Assembly (NCBI RefSeq): GCF_009914755.1
Contig: NC_060925.1
DNA: 64,000 bases
Direction: 5' to 3' (one strand)
DNA from: the human T2T-CHM13v2.0 reference genome, Homo sapiens
Numbering within the stretch: position 1 is the first letter of the stretch; each line of letters begins with the position of its first letter. A model generated the notes under the pieces. It saw nothing but the letters and a program-made list of their open reading frames with translations. It did no database searches and was not told the origin of the DNA. Positions 14,701-27,278 of the stretch are shown one piece after another. A program made the translations under genes and the position numbers.

Positions 14701-14785
14701 TTTGTCCTGATTCAATCTTGAGAAGTTGTGTGTTTCTAAGAATTTAACCATTTTCTGTATACTTTTTAGTTTGTGTGAATAGAGT
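11780..14785 (-). mobile_element. L1PA15/16-like LINE, 3' (non-inverted) segment
   Basis: T-rich tail, then gtttgttacatgggtatattgcatgat...gagcacagtacccaatag 3'UTR, then ~2.5 kb of antisense ORF2. Confidence 0.93.
13851..14062 (-). mobile_element. 5'-truncated AluJ-like SINE inside L1
   Basis: Poly-T, right arm and part of the left arm. TSD-like (g)ttcctattc on both sides. Confidence 0.9.
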
Positions 14786-15700
14786 ACCCACTCAACATTG
14801 GAACACCCAGATTCACAAAACAAGTACTTCTAGGCCTACAAAAAGACTTAGATAGTCACACAATAATAGTGGGAGACTTCAACATCCCACTGACAGTGTT
14901 AGATAGACCATCAAGACAGAAAGCTAACAAGAAAATTCTGGACTTAAATTTAACACTTCATCAATTGGATATCTACAGAATATTCCATCCATCAACCATG
15001 GAATAAACATTCTTCTCATCTACACATGAAACATACCCTAAAATTGACCACATGCTCAGCCATAAAGTAAGTCTCAATAAATTTAAAAAAAATCATACCA
15101 ATCATACTCTTGGACCATAGTAGAATAAAAATAGAAATCAATACCAAAATACTACACCATTATATGGAAATTAAACAACTTGCTCCTGAATACTTTTGGG
15201 GAAACAATAAAATTAAGGCAGAAACAACAAAAATTCTTTGGAATAAATGAAAACAGAGACATGTCATCCCAAAATTTCTAGGATGTAGCAAAAGCAATGG
15301 TAAGAGGAAAGCTTATCACACTAAACACCTACATCAAAATTTAGAAAAATCTCAAATTAACATTCTAACATCATACCTAGAGGAACCAGAACAACAAGGA
15401 CAAACTAACCCCAATGCTAGCAGAAGAAAATAAGTAACTAAAATCAAAGTACAACTGAACAGTATTGAGACACAAAAATCCATATAATTAATAAAATCAA
15501 AAGTTGGTTCTTTAAAAGGATAAACATGTTTGATAGACTGGTAACTAGATGAAGAAGGAAAAAAAAGAGAGGATCCAAATAAGCACAATCAGAAATGAAC
15601 AAGATGACATTACAACCAATCCCACAGAAATACAAAAGATTCTCAGAGACTATTATGAACATCTCTATGCAAACAAACTAAAAAATCTAGATGAAATGGA
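14786..15700 (+). mobile_element. Inverted 5' segment of the same L1 (ORF2 endonuclease/linker region)
   Basis: caataatagtgggagacttcaacatcccactg (IIVGDFN motif region). It ends at the L1 position where the minus segment begins. Confidence 0.9.
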
Positions 15701-16796
15701 GACTTCCTTCTTTATGTAAGAAAAGGTTACAAATAGAATGGGAATAAATGAAATATTCTTAGTATATTAATATGAGAGAATAATTTAGGGAATCTAGGGA
15801 AGAGAGTGAAAAAATGCTAAATCATTTGACCTATGCCACACCTTTGAGATGTTGACCCACAGTGGGTTTTTCTAGACCTTCTGAAGAAGGCTATGTAAAT
15901 TATTTTTCTAGAATTAAAAGGAAATACACGTCATGATGACAATGACAAAGCTGGGAACCAGTGAAAGTACATGGAATTTGGATTTGGGTTAGGGGAATGG
16001 AAATGACTTGGACAGACTGGCATGGGCCTTCAGAAGCAGTTGATTTTTCTCAGGCATATCCACAGACCATGCCCCATACCTCGTGCTTCACACTGAGATA
16101 AAAACTACTATGAAGGAATATCTATAAATATCTTTGCTAACAGAAAACTCAAGACTTGGGAAAGTAAGGTTTCATTTTTTTATTCAAACTGAAAGCTTGA
16201 GTTTGGGATGAGAAAAGAGTAAGAGAAATGAATGATTATGAGATTATGCAGTGTGATTCGTATTTCTGAAACTGTTTGATATCAAAAACATAAATTTTTT
16301 AGTTGGGACAAACACTCATCTTTTGAGAACTAGAAGACTCAATATGTTTGCCCACAAATTCACAACTTTGATCGGAAAGGCTTTAAATAGGAAATGAAAG
16401 TGGTAAAATAAAAATGTTTGGTTAAAACAATGAAAATAGAATGGTTACTTTGGAGGACATGAGATACTGGAAGAAGACTCACAATGGAAAAGATACCCAG
16501 TAATTTATAGGAGAAAACTATTTGTAAAGAGGAGGCAGATATAAGAGTTATGATGTAAGTTATCTATCCTCCAAAGCACCATGGTTCATAAATTTAAGAA
16601 CTAACACAAGGAAGTAAATGGAATTTTATTTATTGAATGCTAACTATGTGCTAAGCCCTGTGTTACAGAGACAAAATACAGTGCCTGAGAACCTCAGTCC
16701 CTAAGACCCACAGTCTAGTGAATGACGCAGATTATAGGGCTTACAATTAAAGTATAGTATTTTAAATACTGGTAAAGATTCATATGGATTTCTATG

Positions 16797-17156
16797 TGTA
16801 GTAGTCTGTTCTCATGATGCTAATAAAAACATACCCGAGACTGGGTAATTTATAAAGGAAAGAGTTTAATTGACTCACAGTTCCACATGACTGGGGAGGT
16901 CTCACAATCATGATGGAGGACAAAGGAGAAGCAAGACACATCTTACATGGCAGCAAGAAAGAGCATGTGCAGGGAAACTCCCCTTTATAAAACCATCAGA
17001 TCTCATGAGACTTATTCACTATCATGGGAACAGCATGGGAAAGACCCACCTCCATGATTCAATTACCTCCCACTGGGTCCCTCCCATGAGACATGAGAAT
17101 TATGGGAGCTACAATTCAAGGTGAGATTTGGGTGGGGACACAGCCAAACAATATCA
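16797..17156 (-). mobile_element. THE1B/C-like MaLR solo LTR inserted in an L2
   Basis: Ends gagatttgggtggggacacagccaaacaatatca (reverse complement of the THE1 start). 5-bp TSD ctatg/ctata. Confidence 0.93.
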
Positions 17157-17803
17157 CTATAAAATCTGAGATGAGGGACATCTAACGCACACCAGACAGT
17201 CATGAAAAAACTAAAAGTAAGTAGACCTTGAAGAGTCCTAAAATGCAGCAGAAAGTCCAAGGATGTTCTAGGAAAATAAGAAAAATACTGTATTTCTCAA
17301 ATTTGATAAGATAAATTTCCAACTAGATTTAAGAGATAAAAATTTATATGCCAGTGAAAAGAAATCAAGATTGAAGACAGAGCAGTGATATGGGTACAAA
17401 AATTGAAAAAGACAAAAGGAGAGAGAAAGAGACATGAGACTTATTCAGGTCATGTACTATAGGCTATTTGGCCAGTTGGGGAATATGAATATCGCATTCC
17501 TGATACATTTTAAAGGCAAACAGGAAATGAAAACTCAAATTTACTGAACATCACTATGGAGCTACAAGACTATGCTAAACAAATTCACATATACTGCCTC
17601 AAGATATAAAAATTATGGGAAACCTTAAATAGCCAGGCATTCTGTGGAAGTCTATTTGCTAAATTCAGTGCATCTCATAAATTCTTAATGTGCCTTGATA
17701 AAAGTCCCTGTTTGAGAAGTTAGAAGAAAAAAATAAAGATATCTAATCTCTGAACCCAATTCTGATCAACAACAACAACAAAAATAGTTAAAGAAAAATG
17801 GTA

Positions 17804-18162
<359 letters not shown>

Positions 18163-20800
18163 CTATAGTCAGGAACAGAAATGCTAAATGTAGTCAGACT
18201 TGTATTCTAAATATAGTTAGATTTGTTATTGGACATTACTTTCTGAACTTTTCAAGTATAGGGACTTCTTTTAAATGTCAAACATGTTTCATAGACTTTT
18301 ACACGGTAATTATATCAGTTAATTAAAAATATACATAAAGGCTATGGATGGGCAGGGGTATTGAATAAACACAGCTACGATAAAAGCACATGTGATTTTT
18401 AGAATCTGCTTGAAATTTTTATCCAAAAAAACTACAAATGCAGAATAATATAAAATCAGCCTAGCAGAGTATTTCTTATTTAAAAAATATCATCTATTAA
18501 ATTTATTTTAATATATTCCCAGTACAATTTCACCAGCATTATTTTTACAAGGGATTAACAAAGTGATATAACTAATGCACTTTTATGAAAGTCACTCTTA
18601 AAAGATGGGATGCCTGTTTTTGCCAGTAAGAAGTGGACAATTTCTCAGTTTGGGGATGTGCATTACATCTTTAAGGCTAGCCTGGGGTCATTTAATAAAT
18701 TATCTTTCCAAGCACTAAATAGCTGCTAGCTTCAAAGAGTTAGTGAACCCCTTAAAAAGCAAATGATTTATTTCTTTCTCGCCATTAGGGTCAAGCCAGA
18801 CTATTCATTAATCCTCTTCCCATTCAAGTGAGGCATTAAAGAAACTCATATTATAATCTCAACTACATAGCTAGGACATTAAGTCCAGAAGGGCTTACTG
18901 ACTGCAGAAGGCCACGAAAAGTTATGTGGAGGGCTGTGACAGGAACTCATTAGCTTCTGAGTCCTGTGCTAAGTCCACAGAGCAATCAAGTTGATGTGCT
19001 ATAGCTTGGCCTCAATAAATGAAAATGTGCTCATGTAAATAAGCACAGCCCACGTAAAAAATAAAAGCGTTGAGATACGGATTTCTCCCTAAATATATAA
19101 TCTACTTTAAGGAATTATTTTATAAATGAAAAATAAAAATTGACTCAAAATTTATTTACAAGCAGATTTTCAACATCTAAGATGACTGACTGCAGTTCAA
19201 TAAAGAGTACTAAAACCAGAAATCCCTTTCATGTAATATTAAAAGAATCAAGTTTACTCCGAGCCGAAGGCCCAAAAGATGGCAGTCTGCATCTGGGTTT
19301 AGACTAAGCAAAATTAATCCCATTTTAACTAGAATGACTGACTATGCCTTCACCTCTGTAGATTACTTTCTTGAGTTTTTTTTAGCATTTTCTGAATCCA
19401 ATTTTTAGTTAGTGTCTGAAGTTGATTTAGATAAGCATATTAACAGCTGAAACTTTTATCCAACAATCATTCAACAATGATTTGGTGTCAGACACAGTGT
19501 ATTGATGTTAAAGTATGTGAGCAAAACAAACAAGTTCCTACTCTCATGAAGCTAATGAGAGAGACAACATAATATGCACACAAGTAGATATTGGATGTAG
19601 TACTATGAAGCGTAGTGATCATAAGAGTATATTGGAGGTAATACACGTAGTACCCATTGTAATGGAGTAGGAGTAGAGGAGAAGGCAGTTGGTAAGATTC
19701 TCCTGAGGAAGGCTGATGCAGAGCTAACTAGCCAAAGAGGGATGGGAAAGAAATAGCTATGGAATCATATCCCATATTTACATTTCCCACAGATATTTTA
19801 TGCCATGAGTTTCACTTTGTTGTGTGTTTGCTAACCATGCCTACTTCATTATTATTACTAATTTACTTGGGCTGATCATAGTATTCGGGACTTTTTCATC
19901 CATTATCTTAATTCTATTTGATTCTCACAATGACTCTATCAATTAAGAAGGATGATACTGTTAGGTTCATTTCACATATGAGAACCTTGAGCCTGAGATA
20001 AAATACTTGCTCAATGTCATATGGTTAGTAAATAGCAAATCCAGAATTGGAAGTCAAATCTTCTGTCCAGTGCAACTGAAGAGAGACTTGAATCTCAACT
20101 ACACAGACAAGATTAAACAGAAGGGATAAGTCCAATAGTGGCTTATACAGACAGCCAACATTTATAATTGAGGCAAAGCTCATGTGGAGTCTGAATTAAA
20201 TGAACTGGCATAACACATTCCACAAATCCACTTGCCGGTATACACTATTTTAATGGAGGAATCATGTTTATTACAATGCAGTCACTTGGCTTCTCAAATT
20301 CATAGTTAGATATTTTATTCATAGAGTTTAAAATCTGAGCATTTGTAAAGTGCAGCTTTGTCCATAGCTTTACCAATTGGTACTAGATAATTGGATGGAA
20401 TAAACTGCCCTATAACATAAAAGCTTAAGAACAAAACCAGCTTGATTTGTAGAATATATCAGAGGGCTAATACTAAATTTGAAGCTTATCTCAAATGGAA
20501 GATACAAACAAAAATATGTTTTTCTTTTTTACATCTAAAACAACTCTAGTTAGATTTAAATTCCTAGTTAAACTTGCCAGCCACTCACTTGGAAATGAAT
20601 GCTATGCACCAATCTTGATTGGTACACAGCTAGAGGTAGACAAGGAGTTCCAATCCAACATACAAAAGGGAGCCTTTGAAGAGAAAATTATACTTTTCCT
20701 ATTGGCTCTTCTCTTCATTGTATGATGAGTATATTGAATCTTATTCTAATTTTAAATCAATGCTATATAAAGGACTGCCATATTATCATTGTCTATTTGA

Positions 20801-21090
<290 letters not shown>

Positions 21091-22069
21091 CTTGTCACTA
21101 TTAATATAAAAAAGAACTCTGTACTGGTTGGCTCTTGTTTAATGTCTCTTCTTCACATTTGTTTGAACCAAAAATTATGAGCTAAGACTTGATAGCTGTA
21201 TACTTTAAATCCACCTTCTGAGCCTCTCAAAGCTGATCTATATTCTTATATACTTATCTTTCAGCCAACATTTGTCTGTCACACCAAAATTCTGAGAGTG
21301 ACAACAATTTGTAAAAATGTGTTACATTTCCAGATGAGTCAGTGCGGTCATCATGTGAAGTACTCAGATACTCTACAGGCCCCAAAGGAAATGCTAACAT
21401 GGCATCCAAGTGAAAAACAGAGACATAACAGACACTGAATGGGCATGATTCATTTCTTTTTGGACTCCTTCCCTCTAATCTGAGAATCTCTCTTTCACCA
21501 AAATAAATTTTATTTGGAACACATTATTTGGTACTTCATTAAGTAATTAGTGTCTTTAAACACACATCATAGGAAAACACATGGGTTGCACCAGCTAAGC
21601 AGTTCATTTTAGACTATGCAAAGGCAACAACAGACTTTTGATTTAAATATTAAATTATGAATAAAAGTGAATTGTTAGAGTCAAAAGAACTACACTGATC
21701 TATAAGTACAAACCCAGACCATATTTCCAGTACAATTTTGGGGTACCTGTTAAGACTGAAAAGAAAATATGATGTTTTGCTACAGAAACTGTAATTTTAT
21801 CTTCTCTGAGTATCTGTCTTTCAGGTACATGGACCCTATGGATGGAGATCAACTGATAAAATAGACATAAATAAAATCAGAAAAGGTTTTTTAATCCAAG
21901 TAATTTTATTGAACTATATTAGGATCTCATAGTTAGACTGTATGCACAATACATCTCGGCAATATTAATTGCAGCATAACTTGAAAACCACAGTATTAAT
22001 GCAGTTCAGCTTATCATTCTCTTACTCTTCACTTTTTGTGTGTTGTTTCACTATTTTCTCCGTTTTTGG

Positions 22070-22960
22070 TTATTGTAAATGTTTATTTTATTGTAAATTG
22101 ACAACTTATAATTGTATAAATTTATGGGGTACAAATGATGTTATTATTTATGAATGTCATGTGGAATAACTAAATCAAGCTAGCTAACATATTCATCACG
22201 TCAAATACTTAATGTTTTTGTGGTAAGAACATTTGAACTTTACTCTTAGCAATTTTGAAATATACAATATTCTATTATCAACTATATTCACAATGCTGCA
22301 TGATAGATGTCAAAAAAAAAAGCAAGCATATTTCTCTTGTCTGAAATTTTGTACCTTTAACCATTATCTTCCCATTCCCCACACACCTCAGCCTCTGTAA
22401 CCACCATTCTACCTTCCGCTTCTGTTAGTTCAACTGTTTTAGATTCCACATGTAGGTAAGAATGTGAGATATTTTTCTTTCTGTGCCTGACTTATTTCAC
22501 TCAGCACGATGTTCTCCAATTCCATCAATGTTGTTGCAGATGACAGAATTTCTATCTTCTTTAAGGCTGAACACTTATTTCATTTTTTTAATCCATTCAT
22601 CTGTTGATGGACATTTAGTCTGATTCCATAACTGGTCATTGTCAGTAATTCTGCAATGAACGTGGGAGTGCAGACATCTCTTCAACAAACTGATTTCAAA
22701 TATTGGGGGTTCATACCCAGAGATAGGATTGCTGGATCATATGGTAGTTCTATTTTTAGCTTGCTGAAGAACCTCTATAGAATTTTATATAATGGCTTTA
22801 CATTCCCATCACAGTGTACAAGGGTTTTTTTTTTTCCCCATCCTTGCCAACACTGCTATCTTTTGTGTTTTTGATAACAGCCATTCTGACAGGTGTGAGA
22901 TAATATATCATTGTGGTTTTAATTTGCTTTTCTCTAGTGATTAGCAATGTCGAGTATTAA
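22070..22960 (-). mobile_element. L1MA6/7-like 3' end
   Basis: ttgtataaatttatggggtacaa...aatcaagctagctaacatattcatcac is the reverse complement of an L1MA 3'UTR, continuing into the ORF2 end. Confidence 0.88.
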
Positions 22961-23175
22961 AAAAACTTTTTAAATAATTGAAAGGGGCTTAAGAAATTAT
23001 TCAGTTCAGTTTTCCAATTATAATAGAGCCACTATAAAAAATTCTTGGTTATTTCAAAAATCGTATATCAATCTGAAATCATCTATCTTTGCAGAAATAC
23101 CATTCTTTCTAGATTTAAGATGTGAGTTTCCAAATTCCTTATCTAAAGCCTGAGTTCCCATAGATAATAAACACA

Positions 23176-23489
<314 letters not shown>

Positions 23490-23930
23490 GCTACACTCAG
23501 ACTGTGGATTACATGAGGTCAAGGTTTAAGACTTTGTTCATTTATATTAAGGGAATAAATAAATGAACTGATGGGAGAATGAATCTAAGTTCTATGTTAG
23601 ATTATGACCAGGGTAGGCACCGTGCATGCTGATTCACCTACAGGTTCCCAGCATCCAGCACAATGCATGGCACACAGTCGCCCAACAAGTTTTGTCAAAT
23701 AAGCTCTTTGACCATCTCTTCCTGCAAGCTGGGGTAAGAACTTTTAAATAACGATTTTTTGTCATATGGTGTATTTAAATTTTAAAATCTATCATTTAAA
23801 ATCTATTTCAAAGTGGCTCTTAGCTGCTGCATCCTAGAGTATCTCCCATTATAAGTCTCTAAAATTATCAATTCTGTTCATGGGAAGAATTGCATGTGGC
23901 TCTCTAAATAATCATACTTCTATAACTAGC

Positions 23931-24620
23931 CTATTTTTAGAGGTCTTCCTTCAAAACAATGATGAATCTCTGGACTTAAGGTAGGGAACTTCTTAATAGG
24001 AGCAATATGTTGAGAAATTTCCTCTTCAGTTTGTCCTTCTTTAAAGTGAATCTACATTTGGAGCTGTTGTTTCATCAAGGATCAATAGCTGCTCTGTTCA
24101 TTTCAATGTTTTCTTTCAGTCTCAATCCTTTTCTTTTAATTTGTCTGCCCTTTCCGAGACTATATAGAATGTGTGAGACGCTCCTGCACAAATTCAGGAT
24201 CACAAATGAGGAGAGCTAAGGTGAAACACATATTAAATAAACACACAGTGAGAGGGAGGGAGAGAGAGAGAAAGAGAGGCAGCAGAGAACACCAAGGCAC
24301 AATAGATTGAAAAGGGGGACAGCTATACCACTGAATTTAAAAAAAGACCTTGTGACCCAAAAAAAGTCAGTGACAAAAAAAAACTTTATGACCTAAAAAA
24401 AAGGAGTGGAGGTGGATCAAACAGCCCCAAAAAAACAAAAGCGGGAAAGCAAAAGGCGGGAAGAAAATGGCAAAACACAAAGGGTAGGAGAAAAGCAAGA
24501 GGCCGACAAGAGAGGATTTATGTTTGGATGTCTTTGACCCCGGGGGAGACAGCTGACAATAAGATCTGACTGCATGCAACAGGAAGGATTTCACATAAAT
24601 AGAGGACATGTCATGCAAAA
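23931..24620. promoter_or_regulatory. Candidate enhancer-like unique block (motif-based only)
   Basis: CTATTTTTAG (MEF2 consensus) at 23931, RGGTCA half-sites, TTTATGAC, CAGCTG and ACAAT motifs; no recognisable interspersed repeat. Confidence 0.35.
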
Positions 24621-25680
24621 AGCAGAAGAAGCAAAAGGCTTGAAAAAGAAAAGTAGAAAGCAAATAAACTCATAAACATCAAAGAAAAAATATTTCTTGA
24701 ACATCAACGATTCTATCATCAGCATCTCTAAGAGTTTTCAACAGTAACTTTCCTGTCCCTGTCTTACTGACAATCTCTCCAGGCTCTTCTGAGAATAGTT
24801 AGAAAGTGCTTTGGAGGCCAGAGAGGGCCAAGAAATCCCCTCAGAGCTCTTTTTGGCCATCCTTTCTACTGGATTTCTCTGAGATTTCCCAAATGTCTTA
24901 AGTCAATGGCAGTGAGAGTAGTTATTAAACAAGGAATGCTGTGAACACCTTTATCTTCAGAAGCCATAAATCTTAGGTCCTGATTCTAGAGGGATCTTAA
25001 AGCTACATATATATTCGAAGGAATTAATTGGCAAATATTGGCCATAAGTTCATTTGCTTCCACATGTAAGCTTTTTTCTACTTTAAACCTCAGGATGAAT
25101 GTCATTTATGAGCAGTTTAAATTCGAGGAAATATTCAAATTTCCAATAAACTTGGTATATCCATCCAGCAGAAAATTATGAAGTCATTAAAAATAGCAGT
25201 CTCAAAGAACTAATAAATGAGAGAATATTCATGATATAGTTTTAAGAATACAGTTCCAATTATTTATAATACATATAAATAGGCATATATTGAATAATTT
25301 CTTTAGAGAAAATTAAATTAAGTCCCCATTGTATACTACGAGCAGTCTGTATTTATCATTTGTAGCACTCGCTGTGATGGTTATTACTTATTTCCTCAAT
25401 AACCCGTAAGCTGTTTGTCTTGTGTATCTGGCATGCCCAGTGCCCAGCACTGTAGTTGATCCATACTGAGTACTCAATAGATGTTGCTAAGCAAATTAAT
25501 GAGAGAAATAAACAAATAAATAGAAAAAAATCTGAAAAGCAACATACGATATAATTAAACTTGTTTTCTTTGGAGTAATGTCATTAGAAGTCGTTTTAAT
25601 TTTCTTCTTTGAACATTCTATCTGTTAAAAACTTCTAAAATTAGAATAACTTCCATAATCACAAAAAGTTATTAGTAAAA

Positions 25681-25980
25681 GAATCCAGTCCCAAAGAGCA
25701 CATATTGTATGATTCCATATATGTGAGATGTCCAGACTAGGAAAATCAACAGAGAGAGTCAGATTAGTAGTTGCCTAGGGCTGGGGGCTGGGTGTGACAG
25801 GGACAGGGAGTGAATGCTAACGAGATTTCTTGTTGGCATGACAAAAATGTCCTAAAATTAAATGCTGGTGATGGTTTCACAACTCTGTATATACATTCAA
25901 AAGCACTGAACTGCATACTTTAAATGGGAGAATTTTGTGAAATGTAAATTATATCTCAATAAAGCCGTTTAGAATACTTT
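25681..25980 (+). mobile_element. L1MB7/8-like 3' end
   Basis: cacatattgtatgattccat...agattagtagttgcctagggctgg...ttatatctcaataaagc. 16-bp TSD AAAGTTATTAGTAAAA. Confidence 0.88.
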
Positions 25981-26182
25981 AAAGTTATTAGTAAAAATAA
26001 ATCATTACTAGCTCTTATTTTTTCATTTGAACCCACAAACAGGGCTTTGGTGTTATAACTCTGAATATCTCTCTAAAAATTAACTTTTTCATCCTAATTT
26101 CTCAACAAAGGGCAATAGACAAGTTTCGCACAAAGTGTGAGCGCTTTCAGGAGAGATATTTCTTAGTTGATAAGGTAGGTTA

Positions 26183-26650
<468 letters not shown>

Positions 26651-27154
26651 TTAGTGAACATCTCTATCATCTCCTAAAGAATATATCTTATCATTTAACA
26701 ACAACTCTCTAACAACTTTGCTCTGAGTCAACTAAATTCCTCATAATGTCTTTCACAAGAGGGAGGTAGGGTTGTCTCTTAGAAAGTAAGACATCTCTTT
26801 GGATTGCTGAAAGCAAGCTCCTTGGCCAATGGCCATTTCCCTTTAGAGTTTACAGTGTGGAATAATCTTGAGACAGCTGATGTAGGACCAGCTCAATCAT
26901 GGAGAAAAGTGGTCGGGACTGAAATGGCATAGTCACTGAAATCATAAAGGTCATTTTTTAAAAACATACCATGATGGAGACAGAAACCCATTTTTATCAC
27001 ACTCTGAACTGACTTTAAGTTTCAATCTCTTAAGCAAAGGCTGTCTTTGTTTTTGTCATCACACAATGTCCTATAAATTGTGAGCACTAGGTTAAATGAT
27101 TATATTTTAAGGGATAATAATATAATATTGTTATGATGAAACACTCTTGAAATT

Positions 27155-27278
27155 GGAGTGGCATGCCCAGAGTGATGTTGCAATCCAGCTACCTGAGAGA
27201 CAGAGGTGGGAGGATTGCTTGAGCCCAGGAGTTCAAGACCAGCCTGGGCAACATAGTTAAACCATGTCTCTAAAAATT
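27155..27278 (+). mobile_element. FLAM/Alu monomer
   Basis: gaggtgggaggattgcttgagcccaggagttcaagaccagcctgggcaacatag. Confidence 0.8.
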
